A stretch of DNA of 64,000 nucleotides from an uncultured delta proteobacterium (GCA_963808235.1 CAWEEQ010000002.1:32001-96000); one strand, 5' to 3'. Shown: positions 52,101-62,374, numbered from the stretch's first letter. Notes: generated by a model not told the origin, from the sequence alone. Program-made: numbers and translations.

Positions 52101-53296
52101 TGGGACTCGCGTAATCAGCTTTCGAGCGTGTCAGGATCGGTCGCATTGACGGTGACCTACGACGCGCTAGGCCGGCGGATGACGTCGGCTAACGGGGCAG
52201 CCAACTTAACCTTTATTCACGACGGGGCGTCCGTGATCGGGTCATCGGACAGCGTATCGGGAAACACGTGGAGTTTCATGCCTGGGGGCCTGGCGGGATC
52301 GTTGACCTCCGGCGGAGCAAAAACCACCTGGGTGCCGCTGCTGGATACGGACGGATCGACGATCGCGCTGGTAAACTCCGCCCAGAACTCGCAGCTGGCG
52401 ACTACTTTCACCTATGATCCGTCGGGAGTACCGACCGTGGGCGGCCTCGCGAATTCGTTCCCGTTCCTCTACCAGGGCCTCGAGCATGAGGTCACAGACC
52501 CGGGCCAGCTTGACTTCGAGCCGTCGGGCAACGTGTACAATCCGCAGATCCAGCGCGAGTTGTCGCAGGTCGGCGAACAGGGAATAGGTGGCCCGCCGTC
52601 CGGGGGCGGCGCGGGAGTCGGCGGCGGAGGTGGTCCTGGCAACGGGGGCTTCGGCAACTTTGGGCCGGGACCCGGTCGAGGTCAGACGGGCAACAGCCTC
52701 GGGCAGACCTTCAGCGAACTCGGTACAGTCGCCAGTCCAGCCACTCTGCTTCTGCCGGATGGCTTAGGCTTTCTGACGATCGGCGGGGGTGACAATCCGA
52801 TCAGCATACCCATTTTTGCGATCAGCGATCTGTTCAACCTGTTCGGCTATTCAGCGGCGAACATTCAAAACCATACCAGTTGGATCACGGGCGGAATTCA
52901 AACTGGGACATTTTGGGCGTACGTCTCATCGCCGGCCAGAAATCCGCCGCGACCTTTATCGCGAGGAGCGACGACGCGCCACAGTCCGGCGTCGTCCTCG
53001 CCAGATACATCATGGTGCCATTCGGTCGATTGCCTCAGGATGTGAATCAGCCTCCGGGAAATGGATTTTCTGAAAAAAAAGTCCAGAACTACGTCAATCC
53101 CGACACCGGACAAAGCTTGCATCCAGATCCCACTCATGGATATCCAAAGGGTCCTCATTACGATCTGCACAGTGGCAGGTTGGAACCTAAAGGTAAGATT
53201 AGCTTGAGGCAGTTTTTTGACACGCTACAGTATTGGTCACAGGATCTCCAGCAGTGGATAGAATTAGAAGGTCCAACAGTTCTTCCGGTTGAATGA
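52101..53296 (+). pseudogene. Orphan Rhs tail with Ntox37-like nuclease tip; no start codon, frameshift near 52850
   Basis: WDSRNQL...YDALGRR, TYDPSG, FLYQGLE; tip NYVNPDTGQSLHPDPTHGYPKGPHYD. Confidence 0.8.
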
Positions 53297-53307
53297 GGTA
53301 GAGAGGA

Positions 53308-53925
53308 ATGAGCGCCATGCCTTTTGTTGACGTCATAGACAAACGACGCGCCTCGGAATATGTGAAGGACCAGCTTTCGCAGGGAACGACGCTGGCCAAG
53401 TTGGTCGCTCAATCAATCGATCTCTCGCGCGGACGTTACCGCGTCGCTATGCCGGAGAGCAGAGAACAGGGAAAAGAGTTTAATCTTAAGTGGGAGACGT
53501 TCCGACTCGCTGGAGATGAGGAAGACACTTTTGCTCGTCTGATCAAATCATTCATCTGCAACGAGGAGTGTGATGTCATTCTCCAGGACACGGGGACATC
53601 AGTGTCCTATCCATACTTTGCGAAGCTGCCGTATCGGAACTTGGCGATGACATATGCGGAGGAGGTCTATTGGAATGTGTCGGATGCGCAGCTAGCTGAT
53701 CTTTCCGACGACGCTATGGGCGACGTCATTAATCACGCGAGCTTCTGGCCCTTCTCGGCTTTCTTCTTTGTCGATGGAATTTCCAAAGGGAAGGCTGAAC
53801 TCGAGGATACTGACTTGCAATTGATTGTGAAGCAGCTAGTTGGAGTGGCTGTGGGAGCGTTCGACGATCGCTCGTACCTAGTCTGGTGGCGAGACGACCT
53901 ACGACCGTTCCCGCTGGTTGCCTAG
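53308..53925 (+). CDS. Putative immunity protein
   Basis: Directly follows toxin tip; ends VGAFDDRSYLVW. Confidence 0.7.
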   Translation: MSAMPFVDVIDKRRASEYVKDQLSQGTTLAKLVAQSIDLSRGRYRVAMPESREQGKEFNLKWETFRLAGDEEDTFARLIKSFICNEECDVILQDTGTSVSYPYFAKLPYRNLAMTYAEEVYWNVSDAQLADLSDDAMGDVINHASFWPFSAFFFVDGISKGKAELEDTDLQLIVKQLVGVAVGAFDDRSYLVWWRDDLRPFPLVA

Positions 53926-54122
53926 ATCAGGTGCCGAGCCCCCGTGCCGAGGGCATTTGCGCGAAGTTTCGCATTCCGGTTCCGCTTTCCTGCCTGCCGA
54001 TGCCCCTGCGTCCCCGCCAGCCTGTGCAATAACCGCCGCGATCGTAGCAGGATGCTACGCCGCTAGCCGAAATATTCAACCTAAAGGGCCTCCTGAGGAT
54101 TTCCAATAGTTTCCACAAAGCG

Positions 54123-54557
54123 ATGAGTGTAGAAATGAATGCGATTCAAAAGCAGGAACTCCCTATCGAGATAGTTATCTCCGCAGCATTGCTTCTTAGC
54201 GCGGGCACGATCGGATACAGCGTTGCGGTGTTCGGTATACACGGACTCAGTAGAGTCATTCCGCCATCGAACTGGGGCTTTGTGTTTTTGACGGCCGCTT
54301 CGCTTCTTAGGTTGATATCCGATTCGGACTATCCAGAGACAATCAGAAAGTCCAAATCATTGAGAACGCATTTGCGGCTGTTGTATGTTTGGGCACTGCT
54401 CCTAGGGGTTCTGTTCATAAGTATATTGTTTTTCTCAACCGGTCCCGATCTTGTCGTCGTATGCGTGGCAAGCATCTTTGGACTGATCTCCATATCAATG
54501 GTTATTATTCATAGCCTAAAGCGAGCTGCGAATGTTCCGCGGAGCGCGACACCCTAA
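54123..54557 (+). CDS. Four-TM membrane protein, possible orphan immunity
   Basis: AT-rich hydrophobic ORF inside the Rhs array. Confidence 0.6.
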   Translation: MSVEMNAIQKQELPIEIVISAALLLSAGTIGYSVAVFGIHGLSRVIPPSNWGFVFLTAASLLRLISDSDYPETIRKSKSLRTHLRLLYVWALLLGVLFISILFFSTGPDLVVVCVASIFGLISISMVIIHSLKRAANVPRSATP

Positions 54558-54562
54558 CTGCG

Positions 54563-56101
54563 GTGCGGCGTGCGGCGCTATCCGCGAGCGCGGTTACAAC
54601 GGGTGTGGCGGCGAACCCAGTGGCGACACAGTACGGTTATGACGCGGCGTCAAATTTGACCTCGCAGACCTATCTATACAACAATACTTCACTCGGCAAC
54701 CTGACCTACGGCTATGACCCTGACGGCCGCATGGTCGACGAAGGCGGCAGCTTCGCTCGCGTCAATATTCCACCGCTCATTACGGCGAGTTACAACAACA
54801 GAGATCAGATCAACATCTTTAACAACGCAAACGCAGTGTCCGACCCCGCGAGCAATCTGACCCGCGACCCGGCGACGCTGGCGACCTATTCGTGGGACTC
54901 CCGCAATCAGCTTTCGAGCGTGTCAGGCTCGGTCGCGGTGACCGTGACCTACGACGCGCTTAGCCGCCGGCGTCAAGCGCTGTCTGGCCTGCTGACGACT
55001 ACCTACCTTCATGACGGTTCGGCAGTCGTGTTTTCCTCAATTGCCGCCTCGACCAATGACATGCTCATGCTTCCCGGATCGAGCGAAGTAGTAGCGTTCG
55101 CGAACTCGGTTCCCGGAACAACCACAAACTGGGTGCCGCTGCACGATCTGAGTGGCTCGACAATAGGCCACGTCGATTCGACCGGTAGCGTCGCGAACTC
55201 ATTTACCTACGATCCGAATGGAACCCCGACGGTCACCGGCGCGTCGATCCCCGACCCGTATGAGTTCGCGGGCATGGAGTTGGACCCGACTGGACTCTAT
55301 TACGCAGGTGAGTACTACAGTCCGCGGCTCGTACGATCCATCTCGGAAATCGGTCCGACTAGTGCCAGCGGCAGCGGCGGTGGATCGGGTGGTGGCGGAT
55401 CCGGCGGCGGAGGAGGATCTGGCGGTGGCAGCGGGTTTAACCCCAGCGACTTGTCAGAGCTTCCTAGTTTGTCTCCGATGGGTGGTCCAGGGGGTCCCCA
55501 TATCGGTGGTCTGACCCTAAGCCAAGCATCCCGAAACGCTGAAATCGGCCAGATTGGGGGTATTATAGGTGCTATCGTGGGAGCCTCAGTGGGGGCACCT
55601 CTTGCGGGTTACGTGGTGGGTGACCTGATAGTAACGGGATTCTTAGATTTTATCGACCTTTTTGGGGGCAGCGATCAACCCAAGCCTACCCGGAAGCAAT
55701 TACAAATGCCGGGCCCGGTGATAGCCGCAAAAATCGGAGTCAGCGTGGCAAATATGTCTCTGACCCAAAGCGTCCTGGCAGATCCTCCCAGCGACGGCAC
55801 GCCCTTACAGAGCGTTGGCTTCAATCTTCCGGCTCCTGGCTACAACTATTGCGGGCCCGGTAACTACGCTCCTCTTCCGCCCAATGGAGAGAGCGATCAA
55901 TGCTGCCAAGCTCACGATAATGCCTACGATCAGTACGGCCTTTCAGCGGGCTCTGTCTTTCTTCATCCCTTCGGGATCGGCGCGGGCGCGGGCCAGCTAA
56001 CCGCCGACGCGGGCCTGTGTGCCTGCCTGCACGCCCATGTTCGAACAGGCCCCTACGATAGTCTGGTCGGCGGCATAGCTGAGGGTATCTTCTGCCACTG
56101 A
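54563..56101 (+). CDS. Orphan Rhs tail with C-terminal phospholipase A2-like toxin (N-terminally truncated)
   Basis: YD repeats, FAGMELDPTGLYY; PGYNYCGPGN, DQCCQAHDNAY, ADAGLCACL. Confidence 0.85.
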   Translation: MRRAALSASAVTTGVAANPVATQYGYDAASNLTSQTYLYNNTSLGNLTYGYDPDGRMVDEGGSFARVNIPPLITASYNNRDQINIFNNANAVSDPASNLTRDPATLATYSWDSRNQLSSVSGSVAVTVTYDALSRRRQALSGLLTTTYLHDGSAVVFSSIAASTNDMLMLPGSSEVVAFANSVPGTTTNWVPLHDLSGSTIGHVDSTGSVANSFTYDPNGTPTVTGASIPDPYEFAGMELDPTGLYYAGEYYSPRLVRSISEIGPTSASGSGGGSGGGGSGGGGGSGGGSGFNPSDLSELPSLSPMGGPGGPHIGGLTLSQASRNAEIGQIGGIIGAIVGASVGAPLAGYVVGDLIVTGFLDFIDLFGGSDQPKPTRKQLQMPGPVIAAKIGVSVANMSLTQSVLADPPSDGTPLQSVGFNLPAPGYNYCGPGNYAPLPPNGESDQCCQAHDNAYDQYGLSAGSVFLHPFGIGAGAGQLTADAGLCACLHAHVRTGPYDSLVGGIAEGIFCH

Positions 56102-56113
56102 GGGTGATCTCTA

Positions 56114-57280
56114 ATGCAAGTTATCAGTCAATCTCGCGGAATAAACCTCTTCGGTATGCTGCTTCTGAGCCTGACTATATGTTGTACCCGGCTCGCGGCA
56201 GAATCCTTGCCCGAGTGGATGCAGCCAGGGGTGCGCAAAGGCGTCGGCAGCCTCGAAAAGCGGCTTTTCTTGAACGTCGGCAATATCGGGACGGTGACGG
56301 ATATTCAGCGCGGGAACCTTCGCTCTCCGGGAGTAATCGAATTGGGAGTCGCTGGCAACTACGGCGCCAGGTTTTTCGACCAGGCAGGGAAGACGCAGGC
56401 GACCGTCGATTTTGTGGTTCGAACCCCGATGGGAGCGAGGGTTTCCGCCAAAATTGTGAAGCAGTCACGCGCAAACGGACTGCTCTTCCTTCGTCAGTCA
56501 GGGCCAGCGAGGATCTATGATAGTGTGGTCGATTCTAGCGGCAAGGAAGTTTGGCAAACTCCGTTTCCCCCTCTGACCAGCACCTTTGGCGATCTAAAGG
56601 GAGAGGGGGCGCCAGAATTCGTCTTTGCTGGAGAGGATAGCGCAATCGAGGCGCGAGATGTCTCAGGCGCGGTCATCTGGCGAAATGGAAAAGTTGGCTG
56701 GGCCTATAAGGTTGATTTTGTTGAGCCCGAGGAGGGCCGGCAATCCGAACTACTCGTCGATGTCAGTGGAACCCTCGTTGGGCTCGGAACAACCGGCGAA
56801 ATCTTGTTTAAGCGGAAGCCCGCCATAGACCTTTTCTTCAGCGACTTTTCGACGCTCCGGTGGCCAACCGTTTGCCAGGGCCAATGTCTGCTCATTAGCG
56901 GGAACGACAAGATTTTTCTGCTCACTCTTGATGCGGAAAAGGTGGTGACACAGCTTGACGCCCGCTACCTCTATGGGGCTCGTGGTGTGGCCGTTCGTTT
57001 CCACGAGAAGCAGGCGCCGCTATTGGCCGTGGCCGGACTTCTGGAATATCAGGGAAAGCGGGCGGTGGGTTTTGAAGCGGTTCACTCCGCGCTCTACGTC
57101 TTCGACGCTCACCGAAATCTCGTCTACAACGAAGTTCTTCCCGAGCGAGTTGAGGCACTCGGTGTGTTGCCAGCTGCGAACGGCAAAAGCGAGACTCTTT
57201 TGGTAGGCGGCGAGAATAAGGTTTGGCAATACTCCGCGCCTCTCGCGAACACGTCGCACTCACCTCAGGTGTCGAACTAG
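56114..57280 (+). CDS. Exported beta-propeller-like protein, putative PLA2 immunity
   Basis: Signal peptide; GKEVW, GDLKGEGAPE, GAVIW repeats; 12 nt after toxin stop. Confidence 0.7.
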   Translation: MQVISQSRGINLFGMLLLSLTICCTRLAAESLPEWMQPGVRKGVGSLEKRLFLNVGNIGTVTDIQRGNLRSPGVIELGVAGNYGARFFDQAGKTQATVDFVVRTPMGARVSAKIVKQSRANGLLFLRQSGPARIYDSVVDSSGKEVWQTPFPPLTSTFGDLKGEGAPEFVFAGEDSAIEARDVSGAVIWRNGKVGWAYKVDFVEPEEGRQSELLVDVSGTLVGLGTTGEILFKRKPAIDLFFSDFSTLRWPTVCQGQCLLISGNDKIFLLTLDAEKVVTQLDARYLYGARGVAVRFHEKQAPLLAVAGLLEYQGKRAVGFEAVHSALYVFDAHRNLVYNEVLPERVEALGVLPAANGKSETLLVGGENKVWQYSAPLANTSHSPQVSN

Positions 57281-57442
57281 CGTCAGCTTCCGTCTCGACG
57301 CCGCAAGGCGGGTCCAGGATAGCAACTAACGGCAGCGCGGTCGAATTTCGAAAAATTCCGGTTGCGGGACGCGATCGCGCGAGCGCGGTCGCATCGTCAC
57401 TCGCAGAAGATTTGAGCTAGCGATCAAAAAACGCGGAGAGCA

Positions 57443-57485
57443 GAAAAGCGAACGCCGAATCCGGATTTCCGGATTCGGCGTTCGC
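57443..57485 (-). terminator. Intrinsic terminator of the NHL gene; overlaps direct-repeat copy 2
   Basis: GCGAACGCCGAATCCGGA/TCCGGATTCGGCGTTCGC stem followed by TTTT on the minus strand. Confidence 0.85.
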
Positions 57486-57503
57486 GATTAAGGATCGAAG
57501 AGG

Positions 57504-59102
57504 TTAATTGGCCGCGCTTGTGACCTCATGAAACTGAGGCAGCGCGACGCCGATCGGGAGACTCATTTTCGACTGTGGGCCCTTGATGATTACTTTCGGA
57601 GGGCCGCCGCCGGTCGTCGCATCGTACATCACGAGCGAATTGTTCATGTTGCTCACGACGTACAGATCGCCGTCGGGGGCAAGCGCGATTCCTTCCGGCC
57701 GCTGCAGGGTGTTGGGGCCATGGATGACGCCGATCTCGTCGTCAACGAATGGCTCGTTCACGTCGAAGATCTTGACAGTATTGTCGCCCGCATCGGTGAC
57801 GTACAGGATCTGGTGATCGGTCTCGCCAGTAGGATCGGTGCCCACCGCAACAAACAACGGATTGACGAAAGTGCCGGGAGTAAGACCAACGATGTTGATC
57901 GGAGACGCATCGCCAAATGCGCCCGCCTCGTACTCGGTGATGAATGGAGCGGGAAATGGCACCGGCGACGACCCGAGCGCGAAGCTTCCCTCATTGGCGA
58001 CCCATAGGTCCCCGAACCTATCGAAAGTCAGGCCGACCGGGGCGAATAAGTCAGTAAGACATCCGCCGATTGTCGCGTTTTGGGCGTATACCATAACGAC
58101 GGGGTGGCAAGTAGTAGGGTCAGTGCATGTCAAATCCGAAGCAGGATTTGGTGGATTGACCGTAGCTGGAGGAATCGGAACCTCAAATGTGACGACAGCA
58201 GGTGTCGGAGAAACGTTACCCGTATCGCCGGAGTTGTACTCAGTGATCGTGCCAAAGGTTGGGAGAGTCGTTACACCGCAAAATAAGAAATCGTCGGCGC
58301 TCCCTGCCACGACTTGCCCGAAGTTCGCAACCGCAAATTGATCGGTTACGGTGAGACTTTGGCTGGGGGTCTTTCCGATGCAAATGGCGGGCAGTGGATT
58401 CGAGGTATCCAGGCACAAGAAGGGATCGTTAAACGCGACGCCCTGAGGCAGAAACAGCCCGGTGTTGTTGTCGAGCTGCTCGCCAAAGGGCCCCTCAAAC
58501 GTATTGTTGAGAATAGCCGCCGTGCCACCGTCGATAAATTGCTCAGGGGCGGTATTGCCGGTTGCGCCAGCTGGGAATACGGCCACGGACCCCGGTGAGC
58601 TTGTCGTTACGCAGTCGAACTGAGTTCTCGGCTCACAGGTCAGAGCGTGCGCTCCGTGTCCCAAATGGCAGTCGTCCGGACACGCGGTGAATGTGCCATT
58701 CTTGAATACGAACGGCGGCACCGGTACGCCAAGCGTCAGCGCTACTGCGATATCCCCATCCACCGAGCTTTGCGCAAGGCCACTGGCACCGTTCGAGGCG
58801 CCCAGCAGGGTCGCGGGTCCTCGTAGTACTATGGTGGGTGGTGAGTTGGCGAACGAGCCCGCAGCAAAAGTCTCTACGCTGCCTGCGAACAGGGTGCCGA
58901 AGTTCGAGACGACTACTGTATCTCCCGTCGAGTGCCGCGCGTAACTGGTCCCGGCGCTGCCGGCCAGGAACGCAATAGTCGAAACCACCATCGCCAAAGC
59001 CGAAAGCCGGCGCACATCCGCCAGGCATCGTAGCGCGGCTCTGTGCGCCAACGAGGTACCTTCCCTACCCTGCGTCATCATCTGCATCCTTCCATGCGTC
59101 AT
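57504..59102 (-). CDS. Secreted NHL-repeat beta-propeller protein with Cys-rich inserts
   Basis: Signal region; PVGLTFDRFGDLWVAN, LYVTDAGDNTV, PEGIALAPDGDLYV. Confidence 0.8.
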   Translation of the reverse strand: MTHGRMQMMTQGREGTSLAHRAALRCLADVRRLSALAMVVSTIAFLAGSAGTSYARHSTGDTVVVSNFGTLFAGSVETFAAGSFANSPPTIVLRGPATLLGASNGASGLAQSSVDGDIAVALTLGVPVPPFVFKNGTFTACPDDCHLGHGAHALTCEPRTQFDCVTTSSPGSVAVFPAGATGNTAPEQFIDGGTAAILNNTFEGPFGEQLDNNTGLFLPQGVAFNDPFLCLDTSNPLPAICIGKTPSQSLTVTDQFAVANFGQVVAGSADDFLFCGVTTLPTFGTITEYNSGDTGNVSPTPAVVTFEVPIPPATVNPPNPASDLTCTDPTTCHPVVMVYAQNATIGGCLTDLFAPVGLTFDRFGDLWVANEGSFALGSSPVPFPAPFITEYEAGAFGDASPINIVGLTPGTFVNPLFVAVGTDPTGETDHQILYVTDAGDNTVKIFDVNEPFVDDEIGVIHGPNTLQRPEGIALAPDGDLYVVSNMNNSLVMYDATTGGGPPKVIIKGPQSKMSLPIGVALPQFHEVTSAAN

Positions 59103-59738
59103 TGTTTATAACCCCCGCCGAGGCGATCAGGCGCCTCGTCTGCTGACCCATCAAACCTGTAAAACTTATGCTGTCTACAGTTTCCCCTCGGTACCGCCGG
59201 CACTTGGAAACCGACGCGCCCCCCGAGAATCACTGCGGACACGCATTCGGACGTGGTTAATACGCTGATCGGATGCCAAATTCAAGTGCGCCGTAATTCT
59301 TTGTTCATGACGGCTTGAATTCGTCTCGCATCTCCTCTGCGGTTTGCACATCCTGCAGGCAGTTCAGCCAACTCAAATCGAGGCGGGAATTTTCGAGTAG
59401 TGGGGAAGAGCTCAGGAGGGGGGTATGGATCATGATGCTACGAAAGCATAAATTGCGGCAGGTCCAAATCGCGCCGAGGACGGAGTTATCGGACCGGATC
59501 GGGTGGCGTCCGAGGGCGCGAAGGGAGGAAGTCAAATAATCACGCGTCGCTTAGTGGAGTGTCGCAAAGATGTGACGGGCGTATGTCCCCTTCTTGACAA
59601 GGCAGGGATGGGAATGGTAGCTAGACCGCGTTCGTAGCTTTCCTGACGAGCGAACGAGGAAGAAGTGTCTAACGTTCGTCGGATTTGGACGAGGGGTTCG
59701 ACGAAATCTTTAGGGCTCCAACTGGCTTGGGGGTGTCT

Positions 59739-61622
59739 ATGCAGAACGGGAATTTGGGATTAGGCGGAACGCGGTGGCGTGGTCTTCTGGTAACGTCCGT
59801 GGCGATTGCTGCGGCGCTGTGGTCATCGGTGGCGATGGCGACGATCACGCAGGGTGACTTCTCGGTCTTTGGATTTTTCGAAACTCGCGAGGCAGGCCAC
59901 TGGGGTGAGGGCGGATCGAATCTCAATTCGACTCCGACCGTCTTCAGAAACGTAACCCCGACCTCGACCTTCGCGCTGCCCGGACAAGCGGCGACGCGGA
60001 CTGGCGGCAGCTACGATTTCAACCATTGGGATCTGGCCGAAGCGCGCCAGTTGGCGGACATCCGGCCCGACTATCACATGATCAAGAACTACAAGTTTCT
60101 TGGTCGCTTCGACACGCTGCTGATCAAGGACGCGGACTTCTTCGCATTCTACCGTCCCTGGTACGACGCCGAAGGGACGTTGAAGAACAAGGGCCGCGTG
60201 GAGCCGTTCACGGACGCCTCGAACTACACTCATCGCCAGTTGCAACAGGAATACTTCAAGAACGATCTGCGCGAATATTATGCGCAGTTGAACTTCACCG
60301 ATAACTTCTCCGCGCGAATCGGCAAACAGCAGATCATCTGGTCGGAAGCCGACGCATTGTCAGGCACCGAAGTCACCAACGTAGTCAACTCGCGATGGCA
60401 TGGTGTTTACGGTGCGGAATCGGCGGAAGACGAGCGCACCAATCTGCGCATGATCAAACTCAACTACATCCTGCCCGACTTTCTGAAGACGGCCAACAAC
60501 GAGTTGGAAGGCTTCGTCATCCCGGGCGATTTTGAAGGCGCCGGACCGATTCAGGCACAGACCGACCCGCGCAACCCGTACGTCACTCCTGCGCCGGAAA
60601 ATGCCGGTACCGGCTTAAGCGGTGTCTTTCCGCTCAGCATCAACCAGGCAGGCCAGCGGATGCGGGTGCAGATGGTGCCCGACTTTCTGAGCAAGCCGAT
60701 GATCTTCGTTCCGATTTTCACCTCCGGCGCGAACAAGGGCTTCGGTGAATTCGCCGACGCCAACCTGGTAAGCGTCAGCCGCACGCCGTCGAACTCGCTG
60801 CAGAACAGTGAATTTGGCGCGCGCTATTCGACCCTGCTGCCGATCGGAAACGGTCTGCAGACGAGCCTCATCTACCTGTATGAGTTCCGCGGTGCGCGCG
60901 GCACCACCTGCAACTGCAACTCACTGGCGGAAACACTATTTCCGGGCTCGGTCCCGACTGCGAACCGGGGCGTTTACCTGCAGCCGGGAAAGAAAATATT
61001 CAGAGCCGCACCGGGCGTTCCGGTGTTGGGTACATTGAACATCCTCTCGCAGACCAACTATCGGCGTAACAATTTCTTCGGCGCGACTGGAACCTATTAC
61101 GACAAAGACCTGACCGACATCGTGTATCGCTACAACGTCCTGTATCAGCCTGACACCCCGGTTGCCGTTCCAGGCACGGTGAGCACGACCGGTTCGGAGT
61201 GGACCGAGTCGACCCGCTTCATTCTTGCCGGCGACCGCCCGACGTACATCCCGTGGATTTCGAAACAGCACACGTTCCTGACCGCGCAATACGTCAATAC
61301 GTGGTATCCGGATCGTCCGAGTGGTGCGGGCCCCCAGCTGGAGTCCGGCAAGATTCGTGAGATCTCGAACTTCGCATTTGTCGCGGCAACGAACTGGCTG
61401 ATGAACGGCCAGTTGACGGCGGGCAACGTTCTTTTGTGGGACATCGACGACAACGTCGGTGCGTTCACGACCACCAACGTGTACCGCTACTCGCGTAACG
61501 TGCTGTTCGGGGTGAATGCGCAGTGGTTCCTCGGCCAGAGCGGACGCTACACCGATCCGTTCCTGCTGAGCCGCTATCAGCGCGCGAACGAGCTGGAGTT
61601 CACCTTCACGTACGAAATCTAG
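59739..61622 (+). CDS. DUF1302-like outer-membrane beta-barrel protein
   Basis: Signal peptide; LREYYAQL, RIGKQQIIWSEAD; terminal LEFTFTYEI strand. Confidence 0.7.
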   Translation: MQNGNLGLGGTRWRGLLVTSVAIAAALWSSVAMATITQGDFSVFGFFETREAGHWGEGGSNLNSTPTVFRNVTPTSTFALPGQAATRTGGSYDFNHWDLAEARQLADIRPDYHMIKNYKFLGRFDTLLIKDADFFAFYRPWYDAEGTLKNKGRVEPFTDASNYTHRQLQQEYFKNDLREYYAQLNFTDNFSARIGKQQIIWSEADALSGTEVTNVVNSRWHGVYGAESAEDERTNLRMIKLNYILPDFLKTANNELEGFVIPGDFEGAGPIQAQTDPRNPYVTPAPENAGTGLSGVFPLSINQAGQRMRVQMVPDFLSKPMIFVPIFTSGANKGFGEFADANLVSVSRTPSNSLQNSEFGARYSTLLPIGNGLQTSLIYLYEFRGARGTTCNCNSLAETLFPGSVPTANRGVYLQPGKKIFRAAPGVPVLGTLNILSQTNYRRNNFFGATGTYYDKDLTDIVYRYNVLYQPDTPVAVPGTVSTTGSEWTESTRFILAGDRPTYIPWISKQHTFLTAQYVNTWYPDRPSGAGPQLESGKIREISNFAFVAATNWLMNGQLTAGNVLLWDIDDNVGAFTTTNVYRYSRNVLFGVNAQWFLGQSGRYTDPFLLSRYQRANELEFTFTYEI

Positions 61623-61640
61623 ACAGCGATTGGACTGATC

Positions 61641-61678
61641 AGGCGGCTGTGGCATAAGCTACAGCCGCCTTCTTTTTT
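61641..61678 (+). terminator. Intrinsic terminator
   Basis: AGGCGGCTGTGGC-ataa-GCTACAGCCGCCT then TCTTTTTT. Confidence 0.88.
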
Positions 61679-61731
61679 GGCGCATCGGGCAGTCGCCGGC
61701 GAGCTCGCCGCACGGTCATGCGCGCGCCGTC

Positions 61732-62247
61732 ATGAAAGACAATCGACAAACGGACTGGTACCTGGTGCGCACGAAGACCGGCAAGGAGCGCTGGGTTCGC
61801 GACCAACTGGCGACTCGCGGCGCCGAGGTCTTCTTGCCGCTCCTGAAGGCGAAGGCGCCGCGCTGGGGCCGGATGGCGATATCGGTGGGGCCGCTTTTCC
61901 CGGGCTACGTCTTTGCGAAGTTCGACTTGCAGCTCGAGTACTTCGACATCAAGTACATGAGCGGAGTGCGGGGGATCGTGTCAGCGGGAACCGATCCGCT
62001 GGCGGTGCCGACGGCAATCGTGAGCGAGATTCGCCGGCGCGGCGTCGACGACGTGATCGAAATACCCGACAAGCCTTTTGGCAAGGGTGAACGGGTGCTG
62101 GTCGTGGAAGGGCCGTTTCGCGGCTTCGAGGCCATCTTCCAGAGCTACCTCTCCGGCGCGGAACGGGTGGCAATCCTGCTGAGCGCGGTCGAGTCGGGGG
62201 GCTTGCGGGTCGTGCTGTCGGCGTCGGCGCTCGCCAAGGACAGGTGA
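61732..62247 (+). CDS. NusG/RfaH-family antiterminator
   Basis: WYLVRTK, PLFPGYVF, GERVLVVEGPFRG (KOW); heads a polysaccharide locus. Confidence 0.9.
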   Translation: MKDNRQTDWYLVRTKTGKERWVRDQLATRGAEVFLPLLKAKAPRWGRMAISVGPLFPGYVFAKFDLQLEYFDIKYMSGVRGIVSAGTDPLAVPTAIVSEIRRRGVDDVIEIPDKPFGKGERVLVVEGPFRGFEAIFQSYLSGAERVAILLSAVESGGLRVVLSASALAKDR

Positions 62248-62374
62248 ACAAATAGCGAATGTATTGGCGCAAGTAGGCGTCTATCGGCGGGACTAGCAAT
62301 TCGCTCGCGATTGTAGGACAAACAGAGGTTGCCGTTGCGCGGCAGGGGCCTCCGCGGCCACGAGACAATCGCGA

